64,000 nucleotides of DNA, from positions 3,602 to 67,601 of the forward strand of contig CAZSQS010000003.1 of NCBI GenBank assembly GCA_964608995.1, read 5' to 3'. A model generated the notes under the pieces. That model did no database searches and was not told the DNA's origin. It saw nothing but the letters and a program-made list of their open reading frames with translations. Positions 1-9,167 of the stretch are shown here, piece by piece. Source of the DNA: an uncultured Smithella sp. Lineage in GTDB: Bacteria > Desulfobacterota > Syntrophia > Syntrophales > Smithellaceae. Each line of letters starts with the position of its first letter. Within the stretch, counting starts at the first letter, position 1. The translations under genes and the position numbers were made by a program.

Positions 1-200
1 CGGGAGTCACGCTCGACATCGGCGTGCGTTTAAGCCAGGTGCAAAAGCAATTCAAAAAGCCGGTCATCGCGTATGTTCCGCACGTGGAGAAGTACAACAT
101 GATGATTGACGGATTCGAAATGAACGGCACGCCCGTGTCCTCTTCCATTGAAGGCGCGGTGATGATGGCCAAAGCCCTGACGAGGAAAAAACCATGCTGA
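1..200 (+). CDS. 3' end of a CDS entering from upstream; probably the CoA-binding (alpha) part of an ADP-forming acyl/acetyl-CoA synthetase
   Basis: Frame 3 is open from the window edge to TGA 198-200 (...KPVIAYVPHVEKYNMMIDGFEMNGTPVSSSIEGAVMMAKALTRKKPC*). The stop overlaps the ATG (194) of the ATP-grasp subunit gene. Identity is inferred mainly from that partner. Confidence 0.4.
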   Translation, partial: GVTLDIGVRLSQVQKQFKKPVIAYVPHVEKYNMMIDGFEMNGTPVSSSIEGAVMMAKALTRKKPC

Positions 201-880
201 AAAAACAAGTATCCGACATTCTGAAAAAGTCGCAGGCCTGGGGCTGGGTGCTCGAGCCCGACGCGCAGAAAATATTTTCGCTCTACGGATTTCAGGTCCC
301 GAAATACGGGGTGGCCACAACGGCGGATCAGGCCATAAAGCTCGCAGCGAAAATCGGTTATCCGGTGGCCGCCAAAATCGTTTCGCCGGCCGTCATTCAC
401 AAATCTGATGTGAAGGGCGTCGTCCTGAACATCCGGGATGATCAGACGCTGGTGGCGACGCTTTTGCGCCTGCAAAAAATTGACGGCTTCGTCGGCATGC
501 TGATGGCCGAAATGGTCAAGGGCCTGGAGCTCATTATCGGCGCGAAAAACGATGTCCAGTTTGGACCCATGGTGCTTGTGGGTATGGGCGGCGTCGGTGT
601 GGAGATTTACAAAGATGTGGCGCTGCGCATGGCGCCGCTTAAAGCCCGCGATGCCGATAACATGCTCGGGGAGCTTACCGCGCGCAAGCTCCTGGAGGGC
701 TACCGCGGCGCGGAACCGGTCAATCTGGCGGCGCTCAAAAAGACGATTATTGCCTTTTCTCAATTGATGATGGATTTGAAAGATGTTGTGGAATCCGTCG
801 ATCTCAATCCCGTGATGTGCTCGGCCAAGGCCTGTCTGGTGGTGGATTCGCGCATTATGCTTAAATCCGGGGCGAAATAG
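194..880 (+). CDS. ADP-forming acetyl-CoA synthetase beta subunit / ATP-grasp domain protein
   Basis: 228-aa ORF with an ATP-grasp-like layout (KIGYPVAAKIVSPAVIHKSDVKGV..., ELIIGAKNDVQFGPMVLVGMGGVGVE, VDLNPV). Translationally coupled to the upstream CoA-binding ORF. Confidence 0.7.
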   Translation: MLKKQVSDILKKSQAWGWVLEPDAQKIFSLYGFQVPKYGVATTADQAIKLAAKIGYPVAAKIVSPAVIHKSDVKGVVLNIRDDQTLVATLLRLQKIDGFVGMLMAEMVKGLELIIGAKNDVQFGPMVLVGMGGVGVEIYKDVALRMAPLKARDADNMLGELTARKLLEGYRGAEPVNLAALKKTIIAFSQLMMDLKDVVESVDLNPVMCSAKACLVVDSRIMLKSGAK

Positions 881-904
881 CGCCTCGCCCGCGCCTGCCG
901 GGTT

Positions 905-1261
905 TCAAATCCCTTGCGCATCGTTGTCCAGGATTTCGAACATATTTTTGTTGGGCGCGACCCACAGGCCTTTTGAAATGCCGTAACGGGCAGTGATGTT
1001 TTTTATTTCGCCGCTTCGCTCGTAATTGATCGAAACATCATAGAGCTTCTCATAGAGATCATTCATCGTGACCGTTGTATTGGGTTTGATGGATGCGCCC
1101 AGAAACTTTGCGTTGCCGAGATTGTTCTCGACGTCATGCTTGACGATTGCGTACAGGTAATGAACGCCCTTTAACTGATGCACCGAATAGTAGCTCCACC
1201 CGAAATGGGCCGAGACCGCCAGAAGCGCGCCCACCATTACGCCGCATATAAATTTAACCAT
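905..1261 (-). CDS. hypothetical membrane-anchored protein
   Basis: 118-aa ORF with one N-terminal hydrophobic helix (FICGVMVGALLAVSAHF). No recognisable domain. Confidence 0.45.
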   Translation of the reverse strand: MVKFICGVMVGALLAVSAHFGWSYYSVHQLKGVHYLYAIVKHDVENNLGNAKFLGASIKPNTTVTMNDLYEKLYDVSINYERSGEIKNITARYGISKGLWVAPNKNMFEILDNDAQGI

Positions 1262-1371
1262 TGCCGCCGCCTTTATTTATTTGATCGAAATACATTGAAT
1301 GCGCGTTTTTCATAGCGCTCAGCATTTTGAATTGCAATCCCTTTTTTTGCGCCCCAAATCGGAGGCGCTCC

Positions 1372-2664
1372 CTATTGCTTTTTCCCGAAGTCCGGATCGA
1401 TTTTGACCAGCGCCGCCACAATAAAGCCGGGGATCGTCGTGATCAGAATCCAGAAATAGAAGTTTTGATAGCCTAAGTTTTCCTGAATCCAGCCGCTGGA
1501 CATGGCCGGCAGCATCATGCCCAGCGCCATAATCCCCGTGCCGACGGCGTAGAAGACGGTCTTATATTCTCCCTGGGCCACCATGATCATATACATCGTG
1601 TAGGCGGTAAAGCCGAAGCCGTAACCGAATTGCTCCAGGGCCAGAAGCGAACCGATCAGCCGGATATCTTGCGGCTGCGCCTGCGCGAGATACACAAAGA
1701 TCAGATCCGGCACGTTCATGATAATCACCATCGGCCACAGCCAGAACTTCAGGCCGTTGCGATAGATGGCCCAGCCGCCCAGAAGCCCCCCCAGCATCAG
1801 CGCGATCACGCCCACCGTCCCGTAAATAAAACCGACTTCTTTGGTTAAGAGCCCCAGACCGCCTGCTTCGCGCGCGTCAAGCAAAAATGGCGCGACCATT
1901 TTGACGAGCTGTGCTTCGGCAAAGCGGTAGAACAAAAGGAATAAAATGATAATGAGGATATCCCTGCGCCGGAAAAACAGCGTGAGAATCCGGAAGTATT
2001 CGGCTACGGCGCCCTGGCTCTTGTTAAGCGGCGCGGCGTGATCGGAGGCGGGTCTGGGGAGCACAAAAAAATGATACAGGCACAACGCCGTAAAAAATGC
2101 GGCAGCCCCCAGAAAGGTGATTGACCAGGCGGAACTGATCGAATGGCCGCTTTCCTGTAGAAATCCCGCCAAAACGACAAGACCGCCTTTGGAGGCGATC
2201 GTGGCGACGCGATAAAATATCGTGCGCACGCCGACAAACGCGGCCTGCTCGGGCGTGGAAAGCCCCAGCATGTAAAAACCGTCGGCGGCAATATCGTGCG
2301 TGGCGGACGAAAAGGCCATAATCCAGAACAGCGCGAGCGAGTAACGCACCAGGTCGCTTGCGGGAATCGTCAGGGCCACAGCGGCCAGTGACGCGCCGAT
2401 GGCCAGTTGCATGAGCACAATCCAGAAACGCTTGGTGCGAAAAAGATCGACAAACGGGCTCCACAGGGGTTTGATGACCCACGGCAGATACAGCCAGCTG
2501 GTGTAAAGGGCGATGTCGGTATTGGACAGTCCCAGATTTTTGTAAAGCACGACGCTGACCGTCATGGCGATCATGTAGGGCACGCCTTCGGCAAAGTAAA
2601 TGGAGGGGACCCACGCCCAGGGATTGCGCGTTTTTGCTTCTGTGTTTTCGTTTTTTATCGACAT
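1372..2664 (-). CDS. ampG: AmpG-family MFS permease (muropeptide transporter-like)
   Basis: 430 aa, about 12 hydrophobic segments. N-terminus NPWAWVPSIYFAEGVPYMI...LYLPWVIKPLWSPFVD is typical of AmpG-type MFS proteins. Confidence 0.65.
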   Translation of the reverse strand: MSIKNENTEAKTRNPWAWVPSIYFAEGVPYMIAMTVSVVLYKNLGLSNTDIALYTSWLYLPWVIKPLWSPFVDLFRTKRFWIVLMQLAIGASLAAVALTIPASDLVRYSLALFWIMAFSSATHDIAADGFYMLGLSTPEQAAFVGVRTIFYRVATIASKGGLVVLAGFLQESGHSISSAWSITFLGAAAFFTALCLYHFFVLPRPASDHAAPLNKSQGAVAEYFRILTLFFRRRDILIIILFLLFYRFAEAQLVKMVAPFLLDAREAGGLGLLTKEVGFIYGTVGVIALMLGGLLGGWAIYRNGLKFWLWPMVIIMNVPDLIFVYLAQAQPQDIRLIGSLLALEQFGYGFGFTAYTMYMIMVAQGEYKTVFYAVGTGIMALGMMLPAMSSGWIQENLGYQNFYFWILITTIPGFIVAALVKIDPDFGKKQ

Positions 2665-2718
2665 CGAAGTCCTTTCATTTCGCGATGTATCACGTCGTCA
2701 AGTGACCGGATCCCGGGA

Positions 2719-4041
2719 TCAATAAAGTTTTTTCAGCACGGCGCCGGAAAAGTAATGTGCGAGAATGGCCTTCGCTGTAAAGCCTTTGGACGCCATGACC
2801 GCCGCGCCGATCTGACACAGGCCCACGCCGTGCCCCCAGCCGCCACCGACAAAGATAAAGCGCCTTATGCCGCCTTTGGGGTCATGCTCGGCTGTGACCA
2901 CAAAAGCGCTGCTGAGCAGATGCGTCTCGGAGAGCCAGCGGCGGATTTCGAGTTCCTTGCCGACGGTAATGGTTCTTTGGCTGCCGACGATTTGCAGCTT
3001 CACGATTCTTCCCGATGGCCCTCTTTTTAAAGGGACAAGGCGCTGAAGCTTACCGAAATCGATACCTGATTTAGAAAGCAGGATTTTCTCCAGTTCTTCT
3101 CGTTCGCAGGCCAAGCGCCAGCGGAAAAAAGAATTCGTTTCCTGATCAAACGCCGGCAGCATGCGCTTGAGCAGATCGGAATCCTGTGTGTTGCAGTAGG
3201 CGGGAGGCGAATGGGTCAGCCACGCGAGCGCATCTTCTTCGGATCGCACGGGCTGATGGGGCTGTTCGCTGTCGGCGAGGCTTTGAAGATAGGGATAATC
3301 TGTGTCCTCCCAGGCGCTGGAAAAGACCTCTGTCAATCCGCCGCAGCATTTGTAATAGCGCGCATCGCAGATGGCATCGCCCTCAGTCAGAAAAATCCCC
3401 CGTGTGGCCTCGATGGCGCGCGCGACATTGTCCGACACGATGCGCGTGATGCCCTGGTAGCGTTGGCAGTGGTCGTCGGCGCAAACGTCAAAGCCCTCGT
3501 GGTCGTTGACATCCTGCCAAATCAGAATTTCATCGGGGGCGGGGCGGGGCGGGGCGCGCCTGATCTTTTTTTTGTCGAGCATGGCCATAAGCCAGCTTCT
3601 GGCCGTAATGGCCTGCGCCTGAAGAAATTCCAGCGGCGCATCGGCGGACATCTCCGACGAAATGACCGACGCCAGATAGTCCTCCAGTCCGATGCGATTG
3701 ATCACGCGAAAGCTCCCGTCCTCGTTGAGGCTAAGGACAATGCCGCCGCGAAAAGACAGCATTTGCGTGCGCTCCCAGTGAAAAGCAATGCCGATGCGGA
3801 CGTTGGTCAGCGTAAAAAAAGCGTTAACCGGATCCACGGGCGTCAAACAAAACATATCTGCTCTGGAAAAGATATAGCCCGATGCGTCTTCCAGAGCAAT
3901 TTTCCCCGCCTCGGCGCGGACGGTCAGAGCGCCGGTCAAAAGCGGCCCGTCGTTCAGACGGTAGCTGCCTTCCAGCGACAGGCTCGATTCGACGGATGCT
4001 TGAAGCAGGGCGACGGAAATGAGGGGTTCGGTGACAAGCAT
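2719..4041 (-). CDS. SpoIID/LytB domain protein (peptidoglycan remodelling)
   Basis: C-terminal GGGWGHGVGLCQIGA motif and overall SpoIID-like sequence. I prefer ATG 4041 (MLVTEPL...). The track ORF extends to 4212 through an A/T-rich stretch that holds an 18-bp palindrome. Confidence 0.7.
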   Translation of the reverse strand: MLVTEPLISVALLQASVESSLSLEGSYRLNDGPLLTGALTVRAEAGKIALEDASGYIFSRADMFCLTPVDPVNAFFTLTNVRIGIAFHWERTQMLSFRGGIVLSLNEDGSFRVINRIGLEDYLASVISSEMSADAPLEFLQAQAITARSWLMAMLDKKKIRRAPPRPAPDEILIWQDVNDHEGFDVCADDHCQRYQGITRIVSDNVARAIEATRGIFLTEGDAICDARYYKCCGGLTEVFSSAWEDTDYPYLQSLADSEQPHQPVRSEEDALAWLTHSPPAYCNTQDSDLLKRMLPAFDQETNSFFRWRLACEREELEKILLSKSGIDFGKLQRLVPLKRGPSGRIVKLQIVGSQRTITVGKELEIRRWLSETHLLSSAFVVTAEHDPKGGIRRFIFVGGGWGHGVGLCQIGAAVMASKGFTAKAILAHYFSGAVLKKLY

Positions 4042-4164
4042 GAATTTCTTTCCCGCGCAAATAGGATGCTGTTTTGTAAAAGCTACGATGCAATATGTCA
4101 AGAAAGTTATGGGATGCAGGCCCCGGGAATGTGTGCTCCGCCACTGAGGCGAATTGAAAAAATA

Positions 4165-4182
4165 TTGCCGATATATCGGCAA
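4165..4182. promoter_or_regulatory. perfect 18-bp palindrome TTGCCGATATATCGGCAA, candidate operator
   Basis: Read directly. It lies about 70 nt upstream of the MinD/ParA ATG (4252). Its half-site TGCCGATATA recurs at 9105-9114, upstream of the zinc-ribbon gene. Confidence 0.35.
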
Positions 4183-4251
4183 GTCAAAACATATCAGTTG
4201 AATATGATTCATTTATCATGTATGACAACGTAAAAAAACGGCGGATGGCTC

Positions 4252-5172
4252 ATGGCGATTGTCTGGCCCATTGGAGGCGGCAAGGGAGGTTCCGGCAAAA
4301 GTTTCCTCACCAGTTCTTTGGGACGCCTGTCGGCGGAAATGGGGAAAAGAACGCTGGTAATTGATCTGGATCTGGGGGCGGCCAATCTGCACACCCTGAT
4401 CGGGGTTCCCTATCCGAAAAAAAGTTTTTCCGATTTCGTCCGAAAAAAAGCGCCCAGCCTTGAAGACGTGGCCATGGAGACGCCGATTCCGAACCTCTTT
4501 TTGATCAGCGGCGCGCACGACCCATACGATGTCGCCAATCTTCCCTACGAACAAAAAATCAAAACCCTTCGCGCCATTACGAAATTAAACTATGAACACA
4601 TTTTTATCGATCTGGGCGCGGGAACGTCTTTTAATACACTTGATTTTTTTCTGATTTCAGAAAACGGCGTTTTTGTCGCCACACCAGAGCCCACCTCCAT
4701 TGAAAATGTCTATCGCCTGATTCGCGCCATCTATCTCAGACGCATCAAGCATGATTTTACCGTGGCGGCATTTCGGGAAATTGAAATCGCCGTCGAAGAG
4801 GCTTATGGAGATGATGCTGCGGCCAAACCCGTTTATCTCATGCGGAGTCTCGCGAAGCTGCATCCCGAAACGCATCAGCGGCTGATGACAGATTTCGAGG
4901 GCTATCGCTTCAATCTGATCATCAACCAGATGCGACGCCACGACAACGCGTCTTTGGGGCCGCAGATTTGTAAAATGGCGAAAAGACACATCGGGCTGCA
5001 GATCGACTTTGCCGGCAATGTTGCCTATGACGAACATGTGCACGACGCGGTCTGCCAGCAAGTCGCGTTTCTGGAGCGCTACCCTTACACCAAGACGGCT
5101 TCGGATCTGCGTGAAATCGGCAAGTTTCTCGCGCAGCCCATGGGAAGGCAGCTGTCGCTTGGGTGCGTTTAG
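4252..5172 (+). CDS. MinD/ParA/FlhG-family P-loop ATPase
   Basis: Deviant Walker A GGGKGGSGKS near the N-terminus, VIDLDLGAANLH, and a Walker B-like IFIDLGAG. Confidence 0.8.
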   Translation: MAIVWPIGGGKGGSGKSFLTSSLGRLSAEMGKRTLVIDLDLGAANLHTLIGVPYPKKSFSDFVRKKAPSLEDVAMETPIPNLFLISGAHDPYDVANLPYEQKIKTLRAITKLNYEHIFIDLGAGTSFNTLDFFLISENGVFVATPEPTSIENVYRLIRAIYLRRIKHDFTVAAFREIEIAVEEAYGDDAAAKPVYLMRSLAKLHPETHQRLMTDFEGYRFNLIINQMRRHDNASLGPQICKMAKRHIGLQIDFAGNVAYDEHVHDAVCQQVAFLERYPYTKTASDLREIGKFLAQPMGRQLSLGCV

Positions 5173-5205
5173 AGAGACGCCCTCGTTTTAACCGAACACG
5201 CTTTG

Positions 5206-5877
5206 ATGGAGATGGTTCCTGTGAGAATGTCGTTTGCGCAGTTGAATTACTACAAGATGCTGGATATCGCGCCTGACGCCGTGCCCTTTGAAATCCGTCA
5301 CGCGTATAATGCCGCTCTGGCGATGTATCAGCCAGGGGCACTGGCGAGCTATTCGGTTTTTTCTGAAGAGGAAAGAAAAGAGATTCTGGCGCTACTGGAC
5401 AAAGCCTATGCAACATTAATTAACGAAAGCAGTAGAAAAGATTATGATGACGCGTTGATTGCCAGGGGAGAAATGGAACCCAAGGCCGAGGCAAAACCGG
5501 AAGATAAAAAACCCGTGAGCATTTTTCACATCAATCGCAGTGCCGCCTCGGCGGTACTGGCGGGAAATGAAGCGCTCAGAGAAAAAATCCGCCAAAGCGA
5601 AGGCATTGGTGCGATCCTTGCCCAAACGAGCCTCTGTGGCGCCGATCTGAAAAAAATCCGCGACGAGCTTGGCGTGACCATCGAGCAGATTGCCCAGGAA
5701 ACAAAGGTGCGTCTCGATCATCTGTGCAGTATCGAAGCAGACGATGTGGCGCGCCTGCCCGCGCCGGTCTTTCTCAAGGGGTTTGTCAAAGCGTATCTGA
5801 AATGTTTATGTTTGGAGCCGCTGGACGATTTAAGCGCTCGCTATATGGATACGCTGGCAAAGCTGCGGGTCCGCTGA
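5206..5877 (+). CDS. J-domain-like plus RodZ-type helix-turn-helix protein
   Basis: N-terminal NYYKMLDIAPDAVPFEIRHAYNAALAMYQP (J-domain-like, no clear HPD). C-terminal LKKIRDELGVTIEQIAQETKVRLDHLCSIE...VFLKGFVKAY (XRE/RodZ-like HTH). Start is ambiguous (TTG 5203, ATG 5206/5212/5227). Confidence 0.6.
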   Translation: MEMVPVRMSFAQLNYYKMLDIAPDAVPFEIRHAYNAALAMYQPGALASYSVFSEEERKEILALLDKAYATLINESSRKDYDDALIARGEMEPKAEAKPEDKKPVSIFHINRSAASAVLAGNEALREKIRQSEGIGAILAQTSLCGADLKKIRDELGVTIEQIAQETKVRLDHLCSIEADDVARLPAPVFLKGFVKAYLKCLCLEPLDDLSARYMDTLAKLRVR

Positions 5878-5892
5878 GGCGTTTTGCTTTTT

Positions 5893-8800
5893 TCAAATGG
5901 CTACACAGCGAAATCCGAGAATATTGGAAGACATATCTTTTTCGATATAGTGCCGGTCGGTCAGACTGATCTCCCCGTGCGATATCCAGCTTGCGCCCTT
6001 GACGATATACGTGTCCGCCTCCTCCGGATCGCCTACGGCATCAAGCGTCCATTCCAGGACGTTTCCCAGTGTATCGGCCACCTCGCCCGCGCCCGCATGC
6101 TTCAGATACAGGTCAACCGGCGTCGTATCGCCGTGGAGGCTTTGTTCAGTATTGCCGGCCTCCTCGCGCCAATCGTTGCCCCACGGATAAACATAGCCTT
6201 GCGCCGTGCGCGCGGCCGCTTCCCATTCAATTTCCGTCGGCAGCCTTTTGCCTGTCCAGGCGGCATAGGCGCGCGCATCCTCCAGGCTCACCTGCACGAC
6301 TGGATGCGTCCGCTTGAGGTGCAGTGAGCTTTCAGGGCCGGAGGGTCTGTGCCAGCAGGCGCCCGGCACGCGCTTGCTGTAGGCCTGAGAATGCAGAGAA
6401 AATCGCTCGGTTCCCGTGACCGGGTCTCGGCTTCGCTGCATCCGGGGAAAATACACCAGACCGTAGCCGACTTTTTCAGCGGTGGTCACATAGCCGGTCT
6501 GTTCAATGAAAATTTCAAAAAGGGCGTTGGTGACCGGAAACCGGCCGATGTAATAATCCGGCAAAGAGGCGATCTGCTCCGGAAGCACACTTTTGGCCAG
6601 ATGCGCGCCGCCCACCAGATAATTTCCGGCTTTGATGAGCACATGCGCGTTGAAATACTTGTCGCGGATGCTCAGATACCGGTCGAACTCCTCGGACAGG
6701 AGCTTGGCCTTTTCGTGAAGCTCCTCTTCCGTATAGATGCTGCCGCTTAAATCCGGCCCCAGTTTCTCCAGAACGCCTGCCGCTTCAGCCAGACGAGACA
6801 GAAGCTCCGTTTTTTCCCTTAAGTCTTCACCCATCGGCGTGTCGGAGGTCGCAAAGCCCGTCGCCGCAGATTCGTCCTCAACGACCTCGACGATTTCCTC
6901 ATCCTGAGCCACGTCGGTGACTTCTTCTTCTCCCAATTCGATGGCCGTCTGGCCCTGAGCTTCATCCTCCACTTCGACGATTTCATCGACGATGTCTGTA
7001 TCGTCAGGCAGGACGTCAACCGCATCCCCCGGCATGGCTTCGCCGATTGAGTCGCCGGAGGCGATTTCTTCCACGCCATCGAGACCCTCCGGAATTTCGA
7101 CGATTTCTTCGATGAAGTCTGAGTCGGCGGGAGCGGCCTCTTGAGTTTCCTCCAGGATGTCGCCTTCCGCGCCCAGCCCGGCGTCTCCTTCGCCTGTTGC
7201 GGGCGACTGCTCGGCATCGGTTATTTCTTCTGTGGCGAGAACCTCCTCTTCGATCAACGCGCCAATCTCATCCGGCGTTGCCTGGCCACTATCGCCAGAG
7301 CCCCGGTCGTCGTCGGCTAAATCGCCTGCGGGGGCTTGCGCGTCGCCCGATCCTGCCGCGTCGCCGCCTGAGTCGCCGGAAACCTCACCGTGAGCGCTCT
7401 CCAAAGCTTGCTCTATTTCGACAATCTCTTCGATGAGGTCTGATGAGTCCGCGGGGGTTGCCTCTTCGGTCTCTTCCAGAATGTCGCCTGTCGCGCCCGC
7501 CCCGGCATCTCCTTCACTGGATGCACCGAAAGAATCACCGTCCGAGCCATCCGCCGCTCCCGGCCCAAGAGCATCGCCGCCTGCTTCAACCTCATCCTCC
7601 AGAACTTCAATGAGTTCTTCTGAAAAATCACCCGCGTTTTCTTCGACGATTACGGCGTCATCGAGCAATTCCCCTCTCGCATCTTGCGTCTTGCTCCCCG
7701 CGCCTTCGTCTTCGTAAATCTCAACGTCATCGTCGTCCCCCTCAACAATCTCCTCGATAATATCAACTTCATCAATGGCTTGACTGGCCAGCCCGGCGAG
7801 GTTGCCGGTAATATTTTCCATCATTTTGCCGATGCGTTCTTTCTCATCATCCGTAAGCGCGTCTCCTGCTTTGGCCAGGGCCTCGCCAATCATGTCATTG
7901 ACGGCGGTCATGATCGAACCGATCTTGTCGGAAAAACCGGTGGATTCATCTGCCAGAATAGAAGCGACATGGGAGAGCAATTCGGAAGCGCCTGATGGAA
8001 TGGGCGACTCGCCGGATGCGGGCGCTTTTTCGCCGCCGCCGGTGACTTCGTTTTGGGCGTAAAGCCCCGAAATGATCTGTTTGATCTCGGAGACCTCATC
8101 GCCTGAAAGGGCATCGCCTGTGGCATCAATGGCGTCGGAAAGAATCCGGTCAACGGCGGACAGAATTTTTTGCGCTTTGGCGGCGGTCTCCGTTTGGGTA
8201 TCTTTCAGAGCCTCCACCATGTCAGCCAGCGCCTTACGCACCGAGGCCTTTGCTCCGAGATTATGCGGGCCGCCTGCTGCCGCTTCATGGCTTAACCCCT
8301 GAAGACCCGTCTCCAGCGTGTTTAATCCCTCCCGGATATAGCCGGATAAATCCGCCCCTGCCTCACTCATCGCGTCGGATGATGAGCCGCCCGCTTTCAC
8401 CGCTTCGGCCTGCCGGATCACATCGGTAAGCGACATCCCCAGCTTTTCAGAAATTCCGCCCATAATTTCCTTGAGGCGTTCAATTTCATCACGGGAGTCA
8501 AGGGCCACCGAACCGGCTTCGGCCGAGGCGAGCACATCACCCAGAGCCGATAAGATATCCGTGATCTTGCTGGTCGTGTCGATGCCCTTGTCCTTGAAGG
8601 CATCCATAATGCCCGAAAGGGCTCTGTCTTTGGCTTCATCCGAAACGGTAAAGATATTGGCGGGGCCGATCACCAGGCCCTGCGGATTTTTCCCGTCGGA
8701 GAAAAGCTTTTTTAAATCGGTGTTGACGCTGGATTTGATGGAACTGAAGTTTTTGCGCCGGGCCTTGATCAGCGCCGGATCGTCGCCCGTCTCCCAGATC

Positions 8801-8970
8801 GCCTTCACCAGGTCTTCCGTATCGATGACTGACGGGACATCCGACGATTCGTCGGAGGCATAGTACTTCCGGATGGCATGGATCAGCCTGGCTTTTAGCG
8901 TGGTCGCGCTTTTATAGCCCAGGCTCGCGATAGCCTCGTCAATATCTGAAAGTTTGATCGTGATGGGCAA
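5893..8970 (-). CDS. 1025-aa protein: helical repeat N-terminus, hyper-acidic D/E repeat core, C-terminal FGE-sulfatase (SUMF1-like) domain
   Basis: C-terminus YIGRFPVTNALFEIF...RVPGACWHRP...HPVVQVSLEDARAYAAWTGKRLPTEIEWEAAAR...GNVLEWT...KGASW...LGFRCV fits the FGE-sulfatase fold. The middle carries repeated D(L/F/I)(I/V)(E/D)EIVE(I/V) motifs. TTG start with a GGGAGAG RBS. Confidence 0.75.
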   Translation of the reverse strand: MPITIKLSDIDEAIASLGYKSATTLKARLIHAIRKYYASDESSDVPSVIDTEDLVKAIWETGDDPALIKARRKNFSSIKSSVNTDLKKLFSDGKNPQGLVIGPANIFTVSDEAKDRALSGIMDAFKDKGIDTTSKITDILSALGDVLASAEAGSVALDSRDEIERLKEIMGGISEKLGMSLTDVIRQAEAVKAGGSSSDAMSEAGADLSGYIREGLNTLETGLQGLSHEAAAGGPHNLGAKASVRKALADMVEALKDTQTETAAKAQKILSAVDRILSDAIDATGDALSGDEVSEIKQIISGLYAQNEVTGGGEKAPASGESPIPSGASELLSHVASILADESTGFSDKIGSIMTAVNDMIGEALAKAGDALTDDEKERIGKMMENITGNLAGLASQAIDEVDIIEEIVEGDDDDVEIYEDEGAGSKTQDARGELLDDAVIVEENAGDFSEELIEVLEDEVEAGGDALGPGAADGSDGDSFGASSEGDAGAGATGDILEETEEATPADSSDLIEEIVEIEQALESAHGEVSGDSGGDAAGSGDAQAPAGDLADDDRGSGDSGQATPDEIGALIEEEVLATEEITDAEQSPATGEGDAGLGAEGDILEETQEAAPADSDFIEEIVEIPEGLDGVEEIASGDSIGEAMPGDAVDVLPDDTDIVDEIVEVEDEAQGQTAIELGEEEVTDVAQDEEIVEVVEDESAATGFATSDTPMGEDLREKTELLSRLAEAAGVLEKLGPDLSGSIYTEEELHEKAKLLSEEFDRYLSIRDKYFNAHVLIKAGNYLVGGAHLAKSVLPEQIASLPDYYIGRFPVTNALFEIFIEQTGYVTTAEKVGYGLVYFPRMQRSRDPVTGTERFSLHSQAYSKRVPGACWHRPSGPESSLHLKRTHPVVQVSLEDARAYAAWTGKRLPTEIEWEAAARTAQGYVYPWGNDWREEAGNTEQSLHGDTTPVDLYLKHAGAGEVADTLGNVLEWTLDAVGDPEEADTYIVKGASWISHGEISLTDRHYIEKDMSSNILGFRCVAI

Positions 8971-9167
8971 GGCGACGTCTCTCCCTTTTAGTGTTTTGTA
9001 TCCTTAAAATCCGACGCGAAGTCGCCTGGGGCTCAGGCCGCAAATGACCCGCCTGAAGGATAAACAAAATAGTTTTAAAAAAACAGTCATTTTTTCGGTA
9101 AAACTGCCGATATAATAGGCGGTCGCAAATAAACCAGAATCCAACAGGAAACGGATCGGGGTGAGGG

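Noticed and set aside
3211-4233. Long ORFs antisense to well-supported genes: 3211-4233, 20237-21469, 24743-25705, 25644-26396, 28850-29572, 31825-32709, 34334-35401, 41494-42156, 45457-46065, 53465-54454, 56338-57222.
   Set aside because: Each lies fully inside a gene on the opposite strand that has strong family motifs. Their translations are Arg/Gly/Pro/Ala-rich with no motifs, which is typical shadow-ORF behaviour in G+C-rich DNA.
5893-8970. The acidic giant protein as a sulfatase-maturation enzyme.
   Set aside because: No sulfatase gene is in the vicinity, and the 700-aa non-enzymatic N-terminus is atypical. I report it as an unusual architecture instead.
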